A DNA stretch of 64,000 bases from a virus (Duplodnaviria; Caudoviricetes), in IMG/VR virus record IMGVR_UViG_3300031760_000048, positions 4,018 through 68,017 of that record. The stretch is one strand, 5' to 3'. The position numbers were made by a program, and so were the translations under genes. The notes under the pieces were generated by a model, which searched no databases, had not been told where the DNA came from, and saw only the letters and a list, made by a program, of their open reading frames with translations. Below are positions 1 to 7,620 of the stretch, piece after piece (position 1 is the stretch's first letter; each line of letters opens with the position of its first letter).

Positions 1-101
1 AATATCTTCTTTTTTCATTTTCTTTCTTTTTTAAAAAGAGGCGCAGTAAGTACCGCCGTACTCACCACGCTCTCGGTATAAAATAAACTTAATACAAATG
101 C

Positions 102-320
102 TCACTGTATTTCTTTCCAGAGGTACTTATCACACCACTCCGAAAGGCTTAGACCGTGCATGTCCTTTTTTCGGACAATATGGTCTATAAGACAAGGCAT
201 CGCCCAGCCCTGTCTTTTTGCGCCGATGTGGTACGATGTGACGTACTCATCAGCAATTACATCGTATGCCGCCCCATTGCTGAAAGCGATAAGACGGTGT
301 TCTTTAAGAAGTTTTGCCAT
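102..320 (-). CDS. small early-region hypothetical protein
   Basis: 72 aa ORF co-oriented with its neighbours; AT-rich leader. Confidence 0.6.
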   Translation of the reverse strand: MAKLLKEHRLIAFSNGAAYDVIADEYVTSYHIGAKRQGWAMPCLIDHIVRKKDMHGLSLSEWCDKYLWKEIQ

Positions 321-347
321 AACCTTAGTCTTTGTTAAAATGTTGAT

Positions 348-770
348 TTATTTCAGTCTCGCTGCATCAATATCCAACACCGTCTCGCCACGGTAGTTGA
401 AGACGTTCACGTTTAATGTCAACGCTGTTTCGATGGCACCACGCACTGTTGAAAACTCGCCAACGATGCCCAAGAAACCGTCAGCGATAACGTAGTTCTT
501 GTTATCACCACAATTCTCACCACCGTATGTGGCAAGATGCTCGCCGTACAGCATGATGCCGTCGGTGAGCTTGATTGTTATCTGGTCGGTCTCGCACTCA
601 CGGGAGCCCCATGCCTCCATGTGAGTGATAAGAGCTGCCACGTCTGTTGCTGTGTGTGCTGGTGGCAGGCAGAATGATACCTCTTCGCAGGCATCAACCG
701 CATCGACGAACAAGATAGTGTCGCGATGCTTGCGGATTTGCTCCGCAATTTTGTACAATTTTGTTTTCAT
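348..770 (-). CDS. early-region hypothetical protein (start reassigned to MKTKLYK)
   Basis: ATG at 770 follows an A-rich leader just after the stop of the upstream gene; the LPPAHT segment resembles LPP-HT in 2402-2736. Confidence 0.65.
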   Translation of the reverse strand: MKTKLYKIAEQIRKHRDTILFVDAVDACEEVSFCLPPAHTATDVAALITHMEAWGSRECETDQITIKLTDGIMLYGEHLATYGGENCGDNKNYVIADGFLGIVGEFSTVRGAIETALTLNVNVFNYRGETVLDIDAARLK

Positions 771-792
771 TTGATTTGATTTTATTGTTAAT

Positions 793-1416
793 TTACTTGT
801 TTTTCTTCTCGCCACCATATAGGGCATTAAGTGCTGCTCTGCGAGTTGGGTAGAGAATAGTATCGCCACCCCACTCGATGCGGCGACCTTTGTCAACGTC
901 TCGCTTTTCCAAAGGCACCACCCATGAGTAGGTGCGGCGCCCCTCTCTCTTCCAAGGGTAGTCAGAAGATTGGGAAGAGCGCGTCACCACATAGTGAGCA
1001 TCTGGGAAATACTCTCGGATACTCTCAGGTGATTCGCCGTCCAATTTTTCCAAGAACCACTCTTGGTAGTCCTTTGCTTTTGGGTTGATTGACTCGTATA
1101 TATAAACCTTCTCCACATCTTCACATGGAAGAATGGCGAAGATTTCCTTTAGGCATGGGGCATTGTACGCCCCAACATGATATTCACCACGCGGATAAGT
1201 ATTTGTGCCATACTTACCACAACAATCGACACTACATATCAACTCCTCGCCATCATACTGCCCCCTCTCAGCGCCAGCATAATAATGATATGCGATTGAT
1301 ATTTCCTTTTCTGGGAAGCGAGAGCATACTAACTCATTCTCCTTTGGTGCTACCCACAACATCTCGCCAGTAGAGTGGCGACGAACGCCGACGAATCTTT
1401 TATAACAGTAAAACAT
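793..1416 (-). CDS. early-region hypothetical protein
   Basis: 207 aa ORF tightly packed in the leftward cluster. Confidence 0.65.
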   Translation of the reverse strand: MFYCYKRFVGVRRHSTGEMLWVAPKENELVCSRFPEKEISIAYHYYAGAERGQYDGEELICSVDCCGKYGTNTYPRGEYHVGAYNAPCLKEIFAILPCEDVEKVYIYESINPKAKDYQEWFLEKLDGESPESIREYFPDAHYVVTRSSQSSDYPWKREGRRTYSWVVPLEKRDVDKGRRIEWGGDTILYPTRRAALNALYGGEKKNK

Positions 1417-1433
1417 CTTATTTTTTGTTTAAG

Positions 1434-1868
1434 TTAGTCTTTATATTCATTCCACACTACAACATAATCCTTGCGGTCTGGTGTCTCCAGACCATGCTCA
1501 ATTCCTATGCCGTTACCAAAATCATACATTCTGTAACCAGCGTTGCAGAAGATGCTGGCATAGTTGTTAAAGTATCGCCGTCTCTCTGGTAGCGGAAGGC
1601 TCACCAGATGGCTGTAGCAATCCTTCGCCATTTCAACGAAGAAAAACTCACCATCAAGGCAAACGCCACAAAAGATGACTTCACTCCACCAGAGCATGTC
1701 ATCGGGTTCCTCGTCATGAAGAATTACCTCTACACCGTCAATATCCTTGATATTAACGGTTAAACCACTCAGCCAACCCTTCACCACCTTCTTACAGGTG
1801 ATAAAATCGGCGCCAGTCACACGGCGCAAGACTTTTGTCATGCGCATAATTTTCTTTTTCGTTTTCAT
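1434..1868 (-). CDS. early-region hypothetical protein
   Basis: 144 aa ORF with an A-rich Bacteroidota-style leader. Confidence 0.65.
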   Translation of the reverse strand: MKTKKKIMRMTKVLRRVTGADFITCKKVVKGWLSGLTVNIKDIDGVEVILHDEEPDDMLWWSEVIFCGVCLDGEFFFVEMAKDCYSHLVSLPLPERRRYFNNYASIFCNAGYRMYDFGNGIGIEHGLETPDRKDYVVVWNEYKD

Positions 1869-1899
1869 ATCCTTAATTCTTGTTAAATGTTAATCATTA

Positions 1900-1946
1900 G
1901 CCCCCGCCACGGATTCGAACCGCACCACCGCACCAAGCACGGGGAT
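1900..1946 (-). ncRNA. tRNA-like minihelix element (acceptor stem + T arm, no anticodon arm)
   Basis: minus strand reads TCCCCGT...TGCGG-TTCGAAT-CCGTG-GCGGGGG: 7-bp acceptor-like stem, 5-bp T stem (with G-U pairs), canonical 7-nt T loop. Confidence 0.55.
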
Positions 1947-1992
1947 ATTAGCGATGTTTCTGTTGCCAAGTACACCGCAAAACTCCGCCATG

Positions 1993-2295
1993 TTATTTGC
2001 GTACAAATCCCGGAACTGAGACGATACGTCCCTCGTTACGGACGCAATCCGGATGACCGGTAGCTGGGGCGATAAGGTCTGAGCGGTCAGACGCCGCCAA
2101 AACCATCGCCGACACAATCAACAGCGTGTCAGGCTCTGGGTCAGGCAGTCCTTCAACGTCACCATATTTGACGGAGCAAACACCGTGCTCGTCAAAATCG
2201 GTGAATGAGTTCGCAACTCTCGCCAATCCCTCAGAAGGGAAAGACTCGCCATTGTTCAACAAAATAGCATGTGGAGTGAAATTTCTTAATCTCAT
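1993..2295 (-). CDS. conserved viral hypothetical protein (N-terminal N-x-TPH family)
   Basis: RNFTPHAI...PSEGLARV...GLPDPEPDTLLIVS...DLIAPATG pattern, recalled from a widespread uncharacterised phage family. Confidence 0.75.
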   Translation of the reverse strand: MRLRNFTPHAILLNNGESFPSEGLARVANSFTDFDEHGVCSVKYGDVEGLPDPEPDTLLIVSAMVLAASDRSDLIAPATGHPDCVRNEGRIVSVPGFVRK

Positions 2296-2401
2296 AGTCG
2301 TATACGCTTCACCTATACAGCGTTAGGTTCAAAATTATTTCGGCAACATCGCCGTTTGTTCCGCAGAGGGGACTCGAACCCCTCCATGCGCCACCGTGCG
2401 G
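2296..2401 (-). ncRNA. structured leader copy 1: tRNA-like minihelix + hairpin + putative pseudoknot before ATG
   Basis: CCGCA..GAGGGG-TTCGAGT-CCCCTC-TGCGG, then CGGCGATGTTGCCG, then ACGCT-GTATAGGTGA-AGCGT-ATAC; homologous to 2737-2845. Confidence 0.6.
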
Positions 2402-2736
2402 TTAGTGTTGTGGATGATACTGAGGGACGCTTTTATACGCCCACCATTCAGCGCCATCATATTCTTCCCTCTCCAACCACGCTCCATTTCGGAGCATGAT
2501 TGTGCCATAGACCACTTGCAAGCCGTAGCCGTCGTTGTAGTCAAAGGCGAGGCGATTTAAGAAATCCCGACACTCTTCGTCGGTGTGTCTGGAGGCAGCG
2601 CCACACCGGTGCAGCCGTCATCGCCACTGAAGAAGCAGTCTGGGTCCCAATCAACATCCGCCCACTCTATGAGCGGAATTGCCTCGTCAATTGTTTTGAC
2701 ATGCAAATCTTTCAGAGTCTCGGTCAATAGTACCAT
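2402..2736 (-). pseudogene. frameshifted small phage protein (1-nt deletion near 2590, or a sequencing error)
   Basis: MVLLTETLKD...VALPP continues in the -1 frame as HTDEECRDFLNRLAFDYNDGYGLQVVYGTIMLRNGAWLEREEYDGAEWWAYKSVP, ending in TAA at 2402-2404. Confidence 0.65.
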
Positions 2737-2845
2737 AATCGTACACGCTTGCCCTGTACAGCGTTAGGTTTTAAATTGTTAGGGCAATATTGCCTTTGTT
2801 CCGTGTCAGGGACTCGTCCCCGATATAGCGAGCATCGCCACGGTT
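2737..2845 (-). ncRNA. structured leader copy 2
   Basis: CCGTG..TCGGGG-ACGAGT-CCCTGA-CACGG-AACAA-AGGCAATATTGCC..ACGCT-GTACAGGGCA-AGCGT-GTAC; compensatory changes relative to copy 1. Confidence 0.6.
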
Positions 2846-2858
2846 TGCCTCGCCGTCC

Positions 2859-3164
2859 TTATCTTGGCTGACGGCGGAGGGTCGGACGCATAACCACAGA
2901 TTTGTCGCTAAGCATCACCAAATCGTATGACGCTTCTTTGAGAATGAAGCGCATATAATCTTTTGCGCTCACCGTTACACGAACGGTCGAGCCATTCAAC
3001 AACATAAACTCAAGGCGGACATCTTTACCGCCGTTAATATATTCTTTGCTTACAACGCTTTCGGTATATACCGCACATTTTGCAGCCTCCACCACGTTGT
3101 TGTTATTCGCCATTGCACCCATAGAAGCCACTACGAAAGCAGCCATAAGAATAAATTTTTTCAT
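2859..3164 (-). CDS. secreted/periplasmic small protein (start at MKKFILM)
   Basis: typical Sec signal peptide MKKFILMAAFVVASMGAMA. Confidence 0.7.
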   Translation of the reverse strand: MKKFILMAAFVVASMGAMANNNNVVEAAKCAVYTESVVSKEYINGGKDVRLEFMLLNGSTVRVTVSAKDYMRFILKEASYDLVMLSDKSVVMRPTLRRQPR

Positions 3165-3269
3165 TGCTTTTGAATTTTTTAGATTGTTAATAATTGCGCC
3201 GCCTTCGGGACTCGAACCCTCGCCACGTTGTAAGAAAAACCTCGCCAACATGGGCAAACCTCGCCAAAA

Positions 3270-3443
3270 TTAGCAGGCAGCAGCCGCCATAATTAGCAGA
3301 ACCGCACCAAAGCCAAATAATGCGGTTACTATTTCGTCGGGGCACTGTTCGCCCCGCTCACCTACGCCCGTGAAGATAACTATCACTCCAAAGGCGAAGG
3401 CGAGCACACTTAATATAAAGCAAAATACTGAAAACATTTCCAT
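3270..3443 (-). CDS. small two-TM membrane protein (57 aa, not in the ORF track)
   Basis: MEMFSVFCFILSVLAFAFGVIVIFTGVGERGEQCPDEIVTALFGFGAVLLIMAAAAC*; starts right after the stop of 3445-3864. Confidence 0.55.
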   Translation of the reverse strand: MEMFSVFCFILSVLAFAFGVIVIFTGVGERGEQCPDEIVTALFGFGAVLLIMAAAAC

Positions 3444-3444
3444 A

Positions 3445-3864
3445 TCATCTAATCATTATAGGTACATTATTCTTCGCACGTCTTCGACCCGGGCGGTCGG
3501 TTACACCTTCGTCAAAAGCGGTGTACTTTCTACCGCTTTCGTATGTATTCACTTCGCGCGCTGAAAGTGTGGATAACTCTCTCCAGCGCTTTTTCTCTTC
3601 TATCGTTGGAAGGGTGTTTGGGCGTTCAACCGCAACCAATACGGGGCGGCGCACCTTTATAACCGCTTTCGCATCTTCGCTCAAGCGGTACAAAATACCG
3701 CCTTTGCTTTTCACGAATTTCCAGACGGCAGCCCAACCGCCCAAAAAATTCGTTGGCTGTGGTATTTTCTGTATATGCAGAAGGTTATCAACAATATAAT
3801 AACTACCCGCTTTAATTGGCGCGCCCGAAAGCGCACACAACATAATAAATTTTTCTCTTTTCAT
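3445..3864 (-). CDS. early-region hypothetical basic protein
   Basis: 139 aa ORF. Confidence 0.6.
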   Translation of the reverse strand: MKREKFIMLCALSGAPIKAGSYYIVDNLLHIQKIPQPTNFLGGWAAVWKFVKSKGGILYRLSEDAKAVIKVRRPVLVAVERPNTLPTIEEKKRWRELSTLSAREVNTYESGRKYTAFDEGVTDRPGRRRAKNNVPIMIR

Positions 3865-3944
3865 ATCTTTCTTAATTATTGTGAAGTGTATAAAACAAAT
3901 CGTACACGATAGTTTTCTATCGTGTACGACATATTAGGATATTT

Positions 3945-3972
3945 TAAAAGGCGGTGTGTTTGCACCGCCTTA
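3945..3972 (-). terminator. intrinsic terminator after the first early gene
   Basis: AAGGCGGTG/CACCGCCTT stem followed by Ts on the minus strand. Confidence 0.55.
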
Positions 3973-3974
3973 AA

Positions 3975-4775
3975 TTACATTGCTATTTCATAGTCAAGCG
4001 CCGCAAACATACGGCTTGTTAAAAAATCTGTAGCGCTTGCTATAAGTTTATCCTTTATTTCTTTCTTCACACCTTTACGATTTTCTATCTTATGCAGCGC
4101 AAGCCAGGCGTTTTTCACGTCTTGAACTTTTGACGCATAAACAATGTATTTTGCAGCGTCTGAAGGCTTGTGCTCTTCTGTTGGCGTTGCGTCCGTTGCT
4201 GTTGTACGGCTTACTTTACCGCCGTACAAACGCTCAAGTACCGCCTTTTCGCGGGCAACGTCTACAGACTTGCCTTTGTCAAGAATTTTTGCAACATGGT
4301 CGGCAAGTGGAGCAAGCACAGAATTAGCAAAAGCGATACCTGCAGCATATTCTACAGACTTGCCGCTTTTAAGCGCTTTTCTCAATGCTTTGTAATCGTC
4401 GTTATCAATAGCAATAAAGCGAAACGGTATACCCTTGCCGTCTGTTACTACAAACTCCGTATCTTTCGTAACCTTTAGCGGATTAAGTGTTACGTCATCC
4501 TCAAGAAAAGCGGATACAACTTGATTTGCACCTATGCAAGCGGCTTCAGCCGTTGCAATTCTATTAAGTAAATGCTTAAGCGTTAATTTCTTATAATCAG
4601 TGATAGGGCGCAAGGTTATAGACATTGTGCCGTTTTCAATGTCTTTCTTTGTTTCCTTAAACACAATAGCATGAACGGCGAACGGCTCTCCAGCGATTTT
4701 TGAAAGCATATCGCTTTTGTTGGCGCTTGTTGAAACTGAAAATTTTGTTGCTGCAATGTTAAAAAAAGTCTTCAT
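3975..4775 (-). CDS. first early gene, hypothetical protein
   Basis: 266 aa ORF downstream of the host-type promoter at about 5062-5091. Confidence 0.75.
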   Translation of the reverse strand: MKTFFNIAATKFSVSTSANKSDMLSKIAGEPFAVHAIVFKETKKDIENGTMSITLRPITDYKKLTLKHLLNRIATAEAACIGANQVVSAFLEDDVTLNPLKVTKDTEFVVTDGKGIPFRFIAIDNDDYKALRKALKSGKSVEYAAGIAFANSVLAPLADHVAKILDKGKSVDVAREKAVLERLYGGKVSRTTATDATPTEEHKPSDAAKYIVYASKVQDVKNAWLALHKIENRKGVKKEIKDKLIASATDFLTSRMFAALDYEIAM

Positions 4776-5061
4776 AAAGCAAATAAATTAAAATGTTGTT
4801 AAATGTTGTTAAATGTCTCTGGTGTTGTCTGTTAGTTGCGCTTTGTTAAGCGGTAAGCACATACGGCACGGCAAGCCCGACAACTTGTATGTGAAATATC
4901 AATGTTGTTATTGTGTGCAAAATTTTTCGCTTTGTGTGACACACACCAAGTAAAAAACTATTTCCCGAACTCCGTTGAATATCAACGACATTGTGCCCAC
5001 AAAATAGGCACACAATAAACCTATGTCAAAAATCGCTTGCCTTTCGTTCTCGAAGACGTTG

Positions 5062-5091
5062 CAAAGATAAACACTATTTTTGAACTACAAA
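5062..5091 (-). promoter_or_regulatory. Bacteroidota housekeeping-sigma promoter for the early genes
   Basis: minus strand TTTG-N18-TATCTTTG matches the -33/-7 consensus. Confidence 0.6.
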
Positions 5092-5133
5092 AATTTTTAG
5101 AGAAAAAAAACGCATTTTTTTTAAAAAAATTTT

Positions 5134-6209
5134 TAAATCGTTGATAATCAAGCATTTAGATGTAAAGATTTTTCGTATGTTTTCCAGTCTATTTATAAAA
5201 ATATACTTATATTATTGATAATCAACTATTTAAGTATATTTTACCTTCTTTTTCTTATATAATGTACATATACGCGCGTACATTATATAAGAAAATATAG
5301 GATTTTTATATTTTAATGCTTTTCTTGTACTTTATTTATTCTTTTTACATTTTAATGTTTTTTGCTATTGTTTTTATGTACTTTCTTTATGATATTTGTA
5401 TTTTATATAAATAGTATTGATTTAAGATAAAATAGTATTTGTTTTATATTTCGCTTTTCTTATTGATAACATTTTATTTCATATTTGCAATAGTTATTTT
5501 TGTGCTTTTATTGTTTAAAATGTACGTTTTTAATGTATGATTTTTATGAAAAAGTTAAATACTTGATTATCAATAAGTTACGTTTTTCTTGTACTTCGTT
5601 CGAGTACCTTTTTTTTACGCTTTTATTTCCTGGAAAAATAGATTTAATATATTTGCTTAAAGTGTTGATTTATAGATAGTTATTTGCGAAAAAAGTTTAC
5701 AAGTTTGGAACGGGCAAATAAAGTTGTGAAAATTGATATAAATCAAAAAGATATATTTTTTAACACTTTTAAATAAATTTTAACATTTATAATTTGTTTT
5801 TGTCGTTTTTGTTTTTATGTAATTAGTTGCGCTTTTAATAGTTGTATATTGCAACTATTTAGATGTTTGCATTAGTTGTTATATTATATTATTGTATTTG
5901 CATATATTTTCGGGTGCAATAGTTGTAAATGAAACAATTTAAAATTATACCTTTTCCGTTACATTTGTTGTACTTGAAACTATTATAAATAAAACTATCT
6001 ATATGCTTTTTACATTTTATATACTTTTTATGTTCATTTCTTAAATGGTTCGTATTCTATGTATGCGTAACTACTTGATTCTCAGATATTTAGGGCTAAA
6101 TCGTCATAGTGTCATAGTTAGATAGTACACTACCGAACTATATTTTATATGTTTGTTTCACTTTTAAGAAAAGTGAAAGTATGTAAATCGTTGAAAATCA
6201 AGCATTTAG
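5134..6209. repeat. 26-bp palindromic direct repeats (5134-5159, 6184-6209) bracketing an AT-rich block
   Basis: TAAATCGTTGA(T/A)AATCAAGCATTTAG, 1 mismatch; contains WATCAANNNNTTR. Confidence 0.75.
5250..5295. repeat. perfect 18-bp inverted repeat with 10-bp spacer
   Basis: TTTTCTTATATAATGTAC-ATATACGCGC-GTACATTATATAAGAAAA. Confidence 0.85.
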
Positions 6210-7620
6210 CCCCGGGGATACGGCGTTAAATCTTAAAAAAAGAACAGACAGCCGACCCAAAGTGGCGCGGAGACCATACATGCTTTCGACCCAAAATTTT
6301 TCAAATCTCGTTTTTCTTCCAGACAATTTAACATTCTTTCCTATTCCTCGCAATCCCTTTAATAATCGGCTTTCTAACTGGTGATGTCCTTTATTTTTCC
6401 TGTTCCTATTCCAGCATTTTATTTCCTCTCCATTTTTCAATTTTTCTGACGATATAAGCCTTTTATATAATCCAATTCCCAAAATTTTTCCCGACCCTAT
6501 ATTTTTGAAATTTCGTTTTCTGGAAGCCTTCTAACACCCCAGAATACCCCCTTGACTTAATCTTACCGCCAAATTAGCCCCTTTAATCCTTTTTGCGATA
6601 ACTTATTCATATACACCCCTTTTATCGCCTAATTTTACCCTCAAATCGCGCCGACGTTCCAGAAATCATAAAAAATCCCGTAATCTGAGGACCTTTATCC
6701 TATCCGAATCCTCCCGAAACCCTTTCGACCGATTTTAACCCCTAAAATACCGCCTAAAATCCTCTCAGGCTTGCAATCCCATTCCCAGACAATTTAACGC
6801 GGCGTATAACCCCTAAAAATCACTCTGGGAAGATTTAGCAACGATTTCTCCCTTCCAGACTCTAAAAATCACCCGAAAATCACTTAAAATATGGTGCTCA
6901 GTTGGATTTAATTAAGGAAAACGCTGGGGAAGTTCTTGAAAACCAGCACATTACGAAAAAGGAAAATCTGGGAAGAGCACGGAACCCCTGTCAGATATTC
7001 TCCTGAAAGCCCTGAGAAAGCCTGCTGTAATGCCTCCGTGGTCCGCTGAAAGTCTTTTTATGAATCCCCTGAGAAAGACAACCGCACACCCGGCAGAAAA
7101 TTTCTTTGGTCTTCTGGGAAAGTATCCGCATCCACTCTCCCAGTCATATCCGAAAAGAATCTGGAAGAAAATCATCGCGTGGGGTCCGGAGAAAATTTCG
7201 GAAGGAGGCTGGAAGGTTCTCGCAATCCATCCTCCCAGCAGACCTCCGTTGACCTTTCTTTTGTTTATTTTTCTTTGGGGGAAAACATAGGTTAACTATT
7301 TCGGATACTTCGTATCCTCATAGTATAACACTATGTTATTCCCCTCGTAGTTCGGTATAAATACCCCTTCGGGGTATTATATACCTCACTTACTCCTTGG
7401 AATATATTATATTATCTATATCCCTATATCTTATAAAGAAAAAGAAAAGAAGCAAAAGAATAAAGAAATATATAAAAGAAAAATATATAAAAAGAAAAGA
7501 TATAACAAAATATATTTTATATTTTATATTTTATTTATGGTTTTTAAAGATATTTTGGTTTATGAAAGATGGCATAAAGGGGAAAAAAGGAGAATAGGAT
7601 AACCTACTCTCCTTTAAGCC

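Noticed and set aside
1895-3260. Bona fide tRNA genes
   Set aside because: No D or anticodon arms, too short, and no CCA end.
4791-4816. AAATGTTGTT tandem repeat
   Set aside because: Only 2.5 copies in an AT-rich leader; most likely replication slippage.
6198-7597. Short ORFs 6198-6482, 6951-7175, 7030-7290, 7397-7597
   Set aside because: Low-complexity, skew-driven translations with non-ATG or unsupported starts in apparently non-coding DNA.
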